This document shows positions 10,062-20,139 of a stretch of 64,000 bases of DNA, piece after piece (positions within the stretch are counted from its first letter, which is position 1; every line of letters starts with the position of its first letter). The notes below the pieces were generated by a model that saw only the letters and a list, made by a program, of their open reading frames with translations, was not told the origin of the DNA and searched no databases. The DNA comes from Candidatus Woesearchaeota archaeon (GTDB lineage: Archaea; Nanobdellota; Nanobdellia; SCGC-AAA011-G17; PNOQ01), in assembly GCA_964344655.1 (NCBI GenBank), contig CAYFOF010000001.1, forward strand, positions 3,907 to 67,906. The letters are read 5' to 3'. The position numbers were made by a program, and so were the translations under genes.

Positions 10062-10782
10062 TCTTTTTCTTACCTCTGCCGTTTGGTTTTTTGGTTATTT
10101 TTTCTATTTTCCCGTCTCTTAACCAATAAACAATATCAGGGTAATTTTTTATTAAATCAGTATCATGAGTTACCATAACAATGGTTTTGCCTTTTTTGTG
10201 TAAATCTTCTAGGAAATCCATTACGTTTTCTCCAGTTTTTGTATCTAGATTTCCTGTTGGTTCATCTGCAAGAATAACTTCTGGAGAATTTGATAATGCT
10301 CTTGCAATTGCTACTCTTTGTTGTTGGCCACCAGAAAGTTCGTTTGGGGCATGATGTTTTCTTTCTTTTAAATCTACTAATTGCATTAATTTGTCTGCTC
10401 TAAAATTTCTCTCTCCGGTGTCGTACCCTTGGAATATCATAGGAATCATTACATTTTCCTTTGCAGTTAAATTATTTATTAGATTAAATGATTGGAAGAT
10501 AAATCCTATTTTTTGTCCACGTATTTGAGCTAGATCAGATTCGCTTAAAGTTGAAATATCTTGATTGTCTAAGAGAATTTTCCCTCTTGTTGGTACGTCT
10601 AAGGATCCAATTAAATTCATCATTGTTGATTTTCCGGAGCCAGAAGGTCCGAGAATTGCAACGAAATCTCCCTCTCTTATTTGTAATGAAACTCCATCTA
10701 CTGCCCTAACAATGTTGTGGCCCATGTGATAGTGTTTGTAGACGTTTTTTAATTCAATAATCACTCTTCTTTCTTCTTTCAT
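10054..10782 (-). CDS. ABC transporter ATP-binding protein (MacB/LolD-like)
   Basis: Walker [10 protein letters not shown], signature [15 protein letters not shown], Walker [12 protein letters not shown]. Confidence 0.85.
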   Translation of the reverse strand: MKEERRVIIELKNVYKHYHMGHNIVRAVDGVSLQIREGDFVAILGPSGSGKSTMMNLIGSLDVPTRGKILLDNQDISTLSESDLAQIRGQKIGFIFQSFNLINNLTAKENVMIPMIFQGYDTGERNFRADKLMQLVDLKERKHHAPNELSGGQQQRVAIARALSNSPEVILADEPTGNLDTKTGENVMDFLEDLHKKGKTIVMVTHDTDLIKNYPDIVYWLRDGKIEKITKKPNGRGKKKND

Positions 10783-11843
10783 TGTTTTATGTTTCCTTTT
10801 GTACTAAATTGTATTCCTTTATCTTTCTTTTTTTGAGAAATATAATCGTAAAATTCTTTGTAAGTCATTACTTTTGCTCCATCATTCTTTACATGTTGTA
10901 AAAATAAATCTAAGTCATCTAATTTTGCTTGTGTGTCGAATGTATTTGGGTGCAGTTGTAGGATGAAAAGATTATCTTCTTCATATTCATCTATCCATTC
11001 TTCATAAGGAGTGTGTAAAAAATTAATAGAGTGCCAGCCATAAACGTAAATTGGATCATAACCTCTTGGAGTAATTATTACATCTGAATCGAAATAGGGT
11101 TTTGAAACATGAGTGTTTCCGATTAATTTGAATCCTGCCTTTCTAACATTTTCATATTGTTCCGTGGTCCAATGATTTCCTGGAGGAAAGTAAGATGTAA
11201 ATTGCATATTGAAAATTGTTTCAAGCTCTCTTTTTCCATTGTAAACATTAAACCAGACTTCTTCATATTTGGGGCAATGATATTCATTTCTGCAATGATT
11301 GTATCCGTGCATACCAAGTTCATAACCTTCTTCTAACAGAGATTTTAAATAATCAATCATTTCTTGATCTCCACTTATATGCATATTCTCTTTTGTTGAT
11401 TCATCAAAAATATAAGGAGTTACACCGAGAGTTGCTTTGAATCCGTATTTGCTTATAATATCTGTTACAGGAATGAACTTATCTAAGGTATATCCATACT
11501 TTTCATAGTATTCTACGTCTTCCATGTTCCAATAATCATCTAATTCAATTATCATTATTTTTTCATCTATCTCTATTGAGGTTGATTTGTCTAGGGCATA
11601 TATTGCATATCTTGTTCCAGAATAGATTACAACTAAAATTAATAAAATAATTAATAATGTTTTGAATATTTGTTTATTTTTATTTTTTGTAAATTTGGCC
11701 ACTTTTCTCCAAAACTCTACATCTGCTTTTTTTCTTACTATAAATAACAGAATTACTAATATTATTATTAATGCAAAAATATAACCTAGAACATCATAAT
11801 ACAATTCACTTAATGTTAAATTTCCTGGAAGTAATCCTACCAT
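10779..11843 (-). CDS. membrane-anchored polysaccharide deacetylase-like (CE4/NodB-like) protein
   Basis: N-terminal TM; ELDDYW and LGMHGYNH resemble NodB motifs 1 and 2; first gene of the ABC operon. Confidence 0.35.
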   Translation of the reverse strand: MVGLLPGNLTLSELYYDVLGYIFALIIILVILLFIVRKKADVEFWRKVAKFTKNKNKQIFKTLLIILLILVVIYSGTRYAIYALDKSTSIEIDEKIMIIELDDYWNMEDVEYYEKYGYTLDKFIPVTDIISKYGFKATLGVTPYIFDESTKENMHISGDQEMIDYLKSLLEEGYELGMHGYNHCRNEYHCPKYEEVWFNVYNGKRELETIFNMQFTSYFPPGNHWTTEQYENVRKAGFKLIGNTHVSKPYFDSDVIITPRGYDPIYVYGWHSINFLHTPYEEWIDEYEEDNLFILQLHPNTFDTQAKLDDLDLFLQHVKNDGAKVMTYKEFYDYISQKKKDKGIQFSTKGNIKQ

Positions 11844-11946
11844 AATTTAATTTGAAAATCTTAATTTAAAAAATTAACTAAAAATAATATTCTTTTTTGA
11901 TGAATTGTGTGATTTTAGAAACCTTTTTTAATGATATTCAGTTATT

Positions 11947-12575
11947 TTGTGTATGATTTTTAATGTTATATCCAGAAAAGAAAATCTTCTTGAAAAATTT
12001 TATGAAAAATCTATGCAAGAATTAAAAGAATTTTTTGGGATAAATTGGATATATAACAAGCCCAAGGTTTTTTTGGTTCCTAACAGGAAAACTATCAATA
12101 TGTTAAAAGATGGCGATTCTCCGGCGTGGAGTGTTGGTTGGGTTAATGGAAAGGACGTTTACTTATTGGATAAAAATAGTTTTGAAAAAGAAAGTTCTCA
12201 TGCCTATTCTGATGAAAAATATTTTTTTCTTATGAAACATGAATTAGCTCACGCATATACATGATATTGACTAAAAATGTTAGGCCTCCTGTTTGGTTAT
12301 GGGAGGGACTAGCCGTTTATATTTCTGGCCAAATAAAAAATAAAAAAATTCCCGATAAATTTGGAAAATTTTTAGATTATTATGATAAACATGATGCCAT
12401 CGTTTATAGTGAAGCTTGTTTTGCTGTAAAAAATTTGGTGGAAAAATATGGAAAAGAAAAACTTCTTAATTTAGTTAAGGCAACAAAAGAATATAATTCG
12501 AATTCTGGATTTAAAAAGAAATTCAAAGAAATATATGGTTTTAACTTAAATTATAAAAATATATTAAAAAAATAA
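11947..12575 (+). pseudogene. gluzincin-type zinc metallopeptidase split into two ORFs (11947..12264 and 12261..12575) sharing an ATGA junction
   Basis: HELAH ends ORF1; the conserved Glu ligand (WEGLAVY) lies about 18 residues later in ORF2 in a different frame. Confidence 0.35.
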
Positions 12576-12583
12576 GAAAAAAG

Positions 12584-14272
12584 TTATTTCCTTTTCTTAA
12601 AGAAAAGAGAAAGGAAATAGATTATTATAACGATTAAAGCTATATCGCCAACGATCCAGAATACTGTTTTTGCTGTTTCACTTTCGAAAACATTTCCAAC
12701 AGTCCATCCCGTAGGCAGGAATACTGTTCCGCTAGTTTCTTCGTTAGATTCACCAGCTAAACTATCTGTTGATTCTGTTTCTTCAGTTTCTTCAGATTCT
12801 GAAACTAAACATCCATTAACAGTTATTTTTTCTACGTAATTTTTTTGTTCACCCAAATCATCGTAGTAAAGAGTGAATGTTAATGCATATTCTTTGTTTT
12901 TCATTCCTTCTGGAATAGTAGCTTCTAGATATACAGTGTTATCATCATCTCGATCATCGTATCTTTCTAAATCGAATGTGTCAGAGAATACATCAATTCC
13001 AAGTTCTGAATTGTACATTCTTACTTTTACTGCATCGTCATCTTTATCTCCAACGTTTTGTACATCAACTTCTGCGTTGAAAAGATATCCACATGAAACT
13101 ACAGATGGATTAACCAAAATACTTTCAATTATTACTTTGTGATCTGGTCTTTCAACATCTATTTCTTCTATATCTTCTATACATTGGTGATCATCGTTTC
13201 TGTATTCGTAAGCTTTAACGTGAACTTCGTATGTTCCGTCATCCCAATCATCTTCAACTTCTATTTCAAATGAAAAGGTTTCCACTTCATCTTCATCTAT
13301 ATCAGTTTTTGAGCTTTTTTCACTCTCTAACTTTCTATCATCTCCACGTTCTGTTACCCAAACTTCTACGATTACATCATCGATATCTTCGTTATCAGTA
13401 TTTTCAATTTCAACATCTATTTGGATTATATCTCCTTGAGCAAATTCATCGTCATTTATATCGAATTCTTCAATTCTTAATTGACCTACATCGCAAAGAT
13501 CGGATTCATCCAAAATATCGAAATCTTTTACTTTAACATCACGTTGATTTAATTCATCATCAGTTTTGTAAGCTTTTGTGTATAGATTGTAATTGTGATC
13601 TGGATCTAAATTATCATCTACATCTAATGAAACTGAAAATGTTTCTTCTATTCCATCATCAATTGTTTGATCGTAGGAATCTGCAAAAGCAACAATTTGT
13701 TTTAAGTTTTCATCGTATAACCAAACTTCTACTCTTACATCAGTTAGATCTGCGGATCCATCATTTTCAACATCTAGATCAATTTCTAGGATATTTCCTG
13801 CTCTCATTTGATCTGGAATATCGTCATATGAATCTGTATCAATGATATTTAAGTCACCAACACTTCCCACATATTGATCTACGAATACTGTAGCAAGAAT
13901 TGTTGTTTGTGTTGTGTTTTCAGTTATAGTAATTGTTGATTCATATTCTCCCATTCTTGTAGAAAGAGGAACATTTACTGTTGCAGTTGTATCTGCTGAA
14001 TCATTTGCAGGCACATCTACAGTACTTGGATCAAACGTTACTGTTCCATCAAACAAATATGTGCTTATGAATGCATTAGTGTATGTAAAATCACTTGCAG
14101 AAAGCACGGTACCAGTTACAGCTGTTGCATCTGGATTTGTTAATGTTATTGTGGCATTTCCTGATTCGCCTTGACTTACAGTTCCAAAATCAACTGGATT
14201 TGCACTCAAGTCAGCGTTTGCTAGCGTAGCTGATAGAATCAAAAACATTGCCATAAATATTAATTTTTTCAT
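12584..14272 (-). CDS. acidic secreted surface protein with three CARDB-like repeats and a C-terminal TM plus KKRK tail
   Basis: Signal peptide MKKLIFMAMFLILSATLANA; repeated V-EVW/V-V-Y modules; very D/E-rich; C-terminus IALIVIIIYFLSLFFKKRK. Confidence 0.6.
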   Translation of the reverse strand: MKKLIFMAMFLILSATLANADLSANPVDFGTVSQGESGNATITLTNPDATAVTGTVLSASDFTYTNAFISTYLFDGTVTFDPSTVDVPANDSADTTATVNVPLSTRMGEYESTITITENTTQTTILATVFVDQYVGSVGDLNIIDTDSYDDIPDQMRAGNILEIDLDVENDGSADLTDVRVEVWLYDENLKQIVAFADSYDQTIDDGIEETFSVSLDVDDNLDPDHNYNLYTKAYKTDDELNQRDVKVKDFDILDESDLCDVGQLRIEEFDINDDEFAQGDIIQIDVEIENTDNEDIDDVIVEVWVTERGDDRKLESEKSSKTDIDEDEVETFSFEIEVEDDWDDGTYEVHVKAYEYRNDDHQCIEDIEEIDVERPDHKVIIESILVNPSVVSCGYLFNAEVDVQNVGDKDDDAVKVRMYNSELGIDVFSDTFDLERYDDRDDDNTVYLEATIPEGMKNKEYALTFTLYYDDLGEQKNYVEKITVNGCLVSESEETEETESTDSLAGESNEETSGTVFLPTGWTVGNVFESETAKTVFWIVGDIALIVIIIYFLSLFFKKRK

Positions 14273-14355
14273 CTTTTATCCTCCAAAATTATAATTTTGT
14301 TACACTTCTAGAGTTGTAAATTGATTTATAAATCTTACTAAAGCTTATAAATTAG

Positions 14356-14886
14356 TTGAAATTTAGTGGAATTATGAAATATTACTGGAGTTTAAGTTTT
14401 CGTTTGTTTATTGCAGTTATTTTTACTGTTTTTTATGATGTTTTTTACTCAATTATTTATCCCTTGACAGTTTATCCAGCTTATTTTTTTACTAATTTGT
14501 TTTATGGTGCTTATTTAGTTGGAAATTCTATTTTTGTTTCTGGGAATGTTGTGAATATTATCCCTGCTTGTGTTGCGGGAATTGCTTATTCATTATTATT
14601 GTTTTTAATATTATTTACTAAAGGGATTAGTTTTGGAAAAGGTTTGAAAATGTTTGTTGTTGGAAGTTTGTTAATTTTAGTTATGAATGTTTTACGTATT
14701 GATTTATTGATTTATGTTTTAGTTGAGTTTGGATCTGATTTATTTGATAAAGTGCATTTAGTATTTTGGAATTTTATTTCTGGGTTGTATGTTGCTTTTG
14801 TTTGGATATTTTTAGTTAAGAAGTTTAGAGTTTCTTCTATTCCTATTGTTTCAGATGTTAAGTATTTATATACTTCTATAAAGTAG
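14356..14886 (+). CDS. minimal exosortase/archaeosortase-family membrane protein (candidate transpeptidase)
   Basis: Polytopic membrane protein; PACVAGIAY resembles the catalytic ACSG(I/L)R Cys motif and NVLRI the conserved NxxR motif of EpsH/ArtA enzymes. Confidence 0.4.
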   Translation: MKFSGIMKYYWSLSFRLFIAVIFTVFYDVFYSIIYPLTVYPAYFFTNLFYGAYLVGNSIFVSGNVVNIIPACVAGIAYSLLLFLILFTKGISFGKGLKMFVVGSLLILVMNVLRIDLLIYVLVEFGSDLFDKVHLVFWNFISGLYVAFVWIFLVKKFRVSSIPIVSDVKYLYTSIK

Positions 14887-14932
14887 TTACTTATGGAAAG
14901 CTTTTTAAATAAATTATTTTTCTTTTTGTAAA

Positions 14933-15874
14933 ATGTATAATTCATTATATGATGCTTTGGAAAGGATTTATCCTGAATGGAATGGAAAAAACATTCCAGA
15001 AGATTTCAGGAAAGGAATGTCCAATCTAGAGAATTTACTAAAAAATTTAGAAGAATTACATGAAATGCCCTTGATTATTGAAGAGGGATTAACTCCCTTT
15101 GAAATTTCTAATATTTTAGGATTTGGAAGAAAAGATGCAAAAGAAAAGGGGAATTTAAGATCATATGATACAGTCCATAGGGAAGTGAAAAATGGTATAA
15201 ATTGGATTTTAACTCCTGCCAGAATTATTACATTAGCATTAGAATATAAACAACAAGTAGCAGATCCTGTAGTGGCGCAAGATTTATTATTAGATTCTAT
15301 TGATTTTGCTTTGGGAGTTTATCAAAATCCTGATTTAGTTTTAGAAAGTACTGGGCAATTTAGAGAAAGAATATTAGAGAAAAATTCAATGATGTTGTTT
15401 CACCATCATTCATTTAATACAGATGGTGTTTCTATGCATGCTTATCAACCTAGAAATTCACGTTCAACAGTAGAAACATTATTATCTTTAACTGATGGGA
15501 ATCCAGTCACTTTTATTGCAATAGCAAATGGGGGTGTTCCGGCAGGGATGGACGTTTTTTTAAGGTATAGGGATGAAATTTTATCTCCTGATGGCCTTAC
15601 TTTTTACTCAACAAAACTATCTTGCTATAAAGACGGGAGAGTAGGGAAAAAAAGACCAAAAATAAAACCTTGGGAAATCAGAAATTTACATGAAATCACT
15701 GGTGCGAAACCAATTGTTCTTTTTGATGAAGATGTTAATTCTGGTGAAACATTGGCTAGGGCTAGAGATTTTTTTAGGAAATACTTTCCAGAGAATAAAA
15801 TAATTGTTGAGACAAATATGGGTAGTCCGGACGAGGTAGATTATTTTTCTAAATCTAAAAGATTGTCTATGTAA
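14933..15874 (+). CDS. protein with C-terminal type I phosphoribosyltransferase domain and uncharacterised N-terminal domain
   Basis: PRPP-binding motif IVLFDEDVNSGETL; N-terminal ~150 aa without recognisable motif. Confidence 0.5.
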   Translation: MYNSLYDALERIYPEWNGKNIPEDFRKGMSNLENLLKNLEELHEMPLIIEEGLTPFEISNILGFGRKDAKEKGNLRSYDTVHREVKNGINWILTPARIITLALEYKQQVADPVVAQDLLLDSIDFALGVYQNPDLVLESTGQFRERILEKNSMMLFHHHSFNTDGVSMHAYQPRNSRSTVETLLSLTDGNPVTFIAIANGGVPAGMDVFLRYRDEILSPDGLTFYSTKLSCYKDGRVGKKRPKIKPWEIRNLHEITGAKPIVLFDEDVNSGETLARARDFFRKYFPENKIIVETNMGSPDEVDYFSKSKRLSM

Positions 15875-16322
15875 GGGAATAAATTCCTAAAGAAGCTAGT
15901 GTTACTAATATTCCTGCGATCACTACTCCTAAAGCAATTGTTATGTAAGACTTTTTTCTATTTAATTTGAATAACCAGGCTGCTAAAGATCCAGTGTATG
16001 CTCCAGTTCCGGGAAGAGGAATAGCTACTAGTAAAAGCAAGGCAGGATATTCCCATTTTGTTCCAATTCTGTGTTCGATTTTTCTTCTTGTCCTGTTAAT
16101 TATTTTTGAGAATAAAATTCTGTAAAACTTTTTTGTCATAAATTTTTCATGTAAAAAATCTAGGAATAAAAATATAATTGGAATTATTAAGATATTTGCT
16201 AAAACACATAACATGAATATTACTCCAATTGGTGCTCCAGAAGACATTGCTAATGGAATTCCACCACGTAGTTCAGAAATTGGTAGAGCACTTAGTATTA
16301 TTCCGTAAATTAAATTGTTCAT
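15867..16322 (-). CDS. small multidrug export-like membrane protein (COG2426 family)
   Basis: ISELRGGIPLA motif and 4-TM topology typical of the family. Confidence 0.45.
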   Translation of the reverse strand: MNNLIYGIILSALPISELRGGIPLAMSSGAPIGVIFMLCVLANILIIPIIFLFLDFLHEKFMTKKFYRILFSKIINRTRRKIEHRIGTKWEYPALLLLVAIPLPGTGAYTGSLAAWLFKLNRKKSYITIALGVVIAGILVTLASLGIYSLT

Positions 16323-16361
16323 AAAATTAAATTAAATAATTCATTTAATTAGTTTGTGGTA

Positions 16362-17201
16362 TTATTTATCAGAACCTTGGAAAACTAAAAGATCTTCTGT
16401 TGTTAGTTTTTTCTTTTTCTTTAATTTTTCTTCAACTTCTTTTGTTTTTTCTTCAAGTATTTTTGTGTTTTCTTTTTTAACTTTGAAATCCTGTTCTATT
16501 TTCATGCCTTTAGCGTCTTTTAATTTTTCTTTTAGTTCAGAATTTATTTTTGAGAATTTATTTTTTGAATCTATGAAATTTTCAAATGCTTTTTCTTGTT
16601 TTTTCTTTAAATCATTAATTTGTTTTGTTAGTTTTCTAAATTCTTCATAGTTTGGTTTGTTATCTTTTATTTCTTTTTGTAATTTTTTATGACATTCTTC
16701 TGCTTTATCTTTTGCTTCTTTGATTTTGTCTGAAACTTCTTTTAATTCTTTGAATAATCCTTGGACGTCTCCAGCTTCAGCCATTTGTTTTTTAAGATGT
16801 CTTATTTGAGTCATAATTTTCTTTTCTTTTTCAAAAGATAATGCTTCAGTTTGAATAGAATAATCTAGAGCTTCAATTTGTTTTGAAATTTCTCCAGGAT
16901 TGAATGTGATTTTTTTATCTTTCAATATTTTTTGTTTTTCAGAATTTAATTTTTTGAATTTGGATATTAACTCTTTTACTTTTTTATTGTATTTATCTCT
17001 TTCAGCTTTTAATTTTTGAACTTCTTTATTGTCAGTGTCTTTAGAAAACTTAATTTTTTTAATTTGAGAAATTAATTTAGAAACTTCTTTTTTTAGACTT
17101 TCTTTTTCTGTAAACCACTCCTCTTTTTCTGCATTTAATTTGTTGAGTGTGTTTTTCAGTTCAGTAATTCCCTTTTTCAGTTCTTTTTCCGATGTCATCA
17201 T
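16362..17201 (-). CDS. K/E-rich coiled-coil protein
   Basis: Long heptad-like charged sequence. Confidence 0.4.
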   Translation of the reverse strand: MMTSEKELKKGITELKNTLNKLNAEKEEWFTEKESLKKEVSKLISQIKKIKFSKDTDNKEVQKLKAERDKYNKKVKELISKFKKLNSEKQKILKDKKITFNPGEISKQIEALDYSIQTEALSFEKEKKIMTQIRHLKKQMAEAGDVQGLFKELKEVSDKIKEAKDKAEECHKKLQKEIKDNKPNYEEFRKLTKQINDLKKKQEKAFENFIDSKNKFSKINSELKEKLKDAKGMKIEQDFKVKKENTKILEEKTKEVEEKLKKKKKLTTEDLLVFQGSDK

Positions 17202-17245
17202 TTATTGCGTCTGTTTTAAAAATAAAAAAATAAAGAAAGAAAAGT

Positions 17246-17545
17246 TTATCCGAAAAGAGCTCCTAGTCCTGCTGCCGCTTGACCATCGTCTTCTTTCTTT
17301 TCTTCTTTCTTTTCTTCAGCTTCTGGAGCTGCTTCTTCAGTTGCTGCTGCGGCTGGCGCTGCACTAACTGTAGCTGCTTCTTTAATTGCTTGCTCGATAT
17401 CTACTCCATCAAGTGCCGCAACTAATGCTTTGATTTTTGAATCGTCTGCTGTTGCTCCTGCAGCTGTTAAAACTTTTTTCAAGCTTTCTTCATTGATTTC
17501 ATTACCAGATTTGTGAATGAGTAATGCTGCATATATTAATTCCAT
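17246..17545 (-). CDS. rpl12: ribosomal stalk protein P1 (aL12)
   Basis: Ala-rich hinge, acidic tail ending GLGALFG. Confidence 0.85.
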   Translation of the reverse strand: MELIYAALLIHKSGNEINEESLKKVLTAAGATADDSKIKALVAALDGVDIEQAIKEAATVSAAPAAAATEEAAPEAEEKKEEKKEDDGQAAAGLGALFG

Positions 17546-17546
17546 T

Positions 17547-18617
17547 TTATCCTCCTATACTATCCTGTTTCAATTGATCTAAAAGTTGCTCGGCTTGTTT
17601 TACTGATTCTTCTGAGTAACCGCTTTGATCTGTCGTTTCTTTTGATTTTTGATCTTCCTTCGGAGCCTCTTCTGTTTTTGGCTCTTCAGTTTTTTCTTCG
17701 GCTTTAGGTTCTTCTTTTGGAACTTCTTCTTGTTTCGGTTCTTCTGATTTCTCTTCAGCCTTTGGTTCTTCCTTTGGAGTTTCTTCTGCTTTAGGTTCTT
17801 CTTCGGTTTTTTCTTCAGATTTCTCTTCAGCAGGAGTTTCATCTTCTGGAAGTTTTGATTCTATTGAAAGTTTTTCTCTTTCAGCTTTTTGTAACAAGAT
17901 TTCAACAGTTTCTTTTGTTGGATATGCTACGAAAACTGCAAGATTGAGTGCTTCAGAAGCTGCTACTTTGATTCTATCTAGGTATTCAGCTTCGTCAATA
18001 GATAATATTTCGCTATCAAATACGTCTCCGTTTTGATAAATTGCTTTTATGTTTAATCCGATTTCCATCGGTTCGATTCCGAATTTAGCAAGCATATCGG
18101 ATTGTGCTTGAGAAATTTCTTCATCTTTTTTCACAATTGTTGCTTCTTCTTTTATTACAACTTTTCCATCTTCAATTGCGGCCTTAATTCCCGCAGCACC
18201 TAGTTCTCCAATAATTGGACCCGGTGCAAATGGAGTTGGACCCTCAGGTACTTTCAAATCTTTTGGAGCTATTTGTCCAGGTTTAGCTGCAGTAGAGGAT
18301 TTATTTTTATCCAATGTTTTTGCTATTTTGAAAGCATCTTGAGTTGTGAATATTAATGCTGGCATTGAGTTTTCTAGATATTTTTCTAGTTTTTCTATGC
18401 CTTTCTTTTTTTCTTTTACTTTTTCCAAAGCTAATTTTATTAATGATTTCTTAGCTACAATTACATTAAGATTATCTCTTAACTTGTGTTTTATTTTTTG
18501 GAATTGAGCAGAAGGTAAATTTGTTAGGTCTATAATTCCAATTATGTTTTCTGATTCAAGTTTTTTAATTAACTCTGCAACTACTTGCTTTTTCTTGTCA
18601 GAAACGTGGGCTTTCAT
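17547..18617 (-). CDS. rpl10: ribosomal protein uL10 (P0) with long EEPKAEE-repeat C-terminal extension
   Basis: N-terminal uL10 domain, stalk operon context. Confidence 0.85.
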   Translation of the reverse strand: MKAHVSDKKKQVVAELIKKLESENIIGIIDLTNLPSAQFQKIKHKLRDNLNVIVAKKSLIKLALEKVKEKKKGIEKLEKYLENSMPALIFTTQDAFKIAKTLDKNKSSTAAKPGQIAPKDLKVPEGPTPFAPGPIIGELGAAGIKAAIEDGKVVIKEEATIVKKDEEISQAQSDMLAKFGIEPMEIGLNIKAIYQNGDVFDSEILSIDEAEYLDRIKVAASEALNLAVFVAYPTKETVEILLQKAEREKLSIESKLPEDETPAEEKSEEKTEEEPKAEETPKEEPKAEEKSEEPKQEEVPKEEPKAEEKTEEPKTEEAPKEDQKSKETTDQSGYSEESVKQAEQLLDQLKQDSIGG

Positions 18618-19306
18618 TCTTTCTTAGCCTCCTCTTTGGTTTTTGGACCTTTTTCTGTGATTTCTACACTTTTACTCATTGTAAATTTAATTAATAATGA
18701 TTTTATGTTTGCTTTTTCTTGTGGCAATTCATGTGTTACTGTGTTAAAAATTGAATTAATATTATCTGTAAGATCTTCATCAGACATTGATTCATTTCCT
18801 GCTACTGTCTTTATGCTGGGTTGATCTTTTGTTTGTAATCTTGCCGTGCTTTGTAATCTAGCTAGTAATGGCTCTAAATCTGCAGTAGGAGGCACAATAC
18901 ATCCTGCTTTTGGATTTGGCATTTTTCCTATTGGGGCTAGAACTCTACCAAATTTTGCACCGATATCTGCCATTAGGTTTGCTTGTGCAACAAAATAATC
19001 GTATTCTCTAGCTAATTTTTTTAGAGCTTTTTTGTCTTTTACTATTACGTCAAATTCTTCGCTTAGAATTACTTTATCGAAAATTTTTGCTTTTGTTGCT
19101 AATTCTTTTCCAACTAGGGCACAAATTTTTGGTTTTTTTCCAGTTTCTTTAGGAAGTTGTAAATATAAATCTATTTTTTGATCTGGATTTTTCTTTAAAT
19201 CTATTTTTGATAAATTAATAGAAACATCTAATGTTTGTGGGAATTTTCTTTGTTTTGAGATTTCCCTTAATTTTTTTACTGAATCTAATATAGCTTTTTT
19301 GTTCAT
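18614..19306 (-). CDS. rpl1: ribosomal protein uL1
   Basis: uL1 fold signature and L1-L10-L12 gene order. Confidence 0.85.
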   Translation of the reverse strand: MNKKAILDSVKKLREISKQRKFPQTLDVSINLSKIDLKKNPDQKIDLYLQLPKETGKKPKICALVGKELATKAKIFDKVILSEEFDVIVKDKKALKKLAREYDYFVAQANLMADIGAKFGRVLAPIGKMPNPKAGCIVPPTADLEPLLARLQSTARLQTKDQPSIKTVAGNESMSDEDLTDNINSIFNTVTHELPQEKANIKSLLIKFTMSKSVEITEKGPKTKEEAKKE

Positions 19307-19372
19307 TTATTTCCCTCCTACATTACGTAGTCATAATGGGTATTTTGTTTGGTTTTGGTTTGTTTATAAAGC

Positions 19373-19882
19373 TTACTGTTTAGAAAGTTCGTATACATAC
19401 AATGTTTCATAAGGTATTTTTTCTTCTGAAAGTTTTTTAGTTTTAAAGCCTTTTAGTATGATTTTCATGTTTGGGGTTAGAGAAGAGAATAAAAGTAATA
19501 TTTTTCCGTTTTCTTCTAGGTGATTTTTGGCTTGTTTTAGAAATTTTATTATTATTTCATTGCCTTTTTTTCCGCCAGTTGTAGCTAGTTTGGAATCTTC
19601 GGGTTCTCTTTTATCTTCTGGGAGATAAGGAGGATTGAATATTATTAAATCAAATTTTCCTTTTACTTTTTCAAATAAATTAGACCGGAGTGTTTTTATA
19701 TTTTTTAGGTTTAAACATTCTTTATTAATATCTACTGCTAAAACGTCTGCACCTTGTTCTTTTGCAGTTATTGCTTGGATCCCAGATCCTGTTCCCATGT
19801 CTAGAACTTTCATACCTTTTTTTGCATAAATCTTTACTTGTTTTTGGAGTAAGTAAGAATCTTCAGCTGGTTGGTAAATCAT
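19373..19882 (-). CDS. HemK/Mtq2-like N5-glutamine methyltransferase
   Basis: SAM motif LDMGTGSG and catalytic NPPY. Confidence 0.6.
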   Translation of the reverse strand: MIYQPAEDSYLLQKQVKIYAKKGMKVLDMGTGSGIQAITAKEQGADVLAVDINKECLNLKNIKTLRSNLFEKVKGKFDLIIFNPPYLPEDKREPEDSKLATTGGKKGNEIIIKFLKQAKNHLEENGKILLLFSSLTPNMKIILKGFKTKKLSEEKIPYETLYVYELSKQ

Positions 19883-20139
19883 TTTTTCCTAGGTACGTAT
19901 CCCTCTCCGATTGAATTTAGAACAACTTCTCCATTATGTATTTGCTCACTTCTTCTTTTCATTGCATCACGTAAAAAATTATGATCTATAATTTTTAGTT
20001 TTTTTCTAACTTCTTCATCATCCATTTCTAATAAACTTCTTGGTGTATTTTCTCTAATTTCTCGAGATTCTTGCATTGTGTAAAATCTTTTTCCCCTGTA
20101 TCCGTAGTGTTGTTCATATCCTTTCATTTTACCTCCCAT
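19879..20139 (-). CDS. hypothetical protein
   Basis: ORF in an operon with overlaps. Confidence 0.3.
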   Translation of the reverse strand: MGGKMKGYEQHYGYRGKRFYTMQESREIRENTPRSLLEMDDEEVRKKLKIIDHNFLRDAMKRRSEQIHNGEVVLNSIGEGYVPRKK

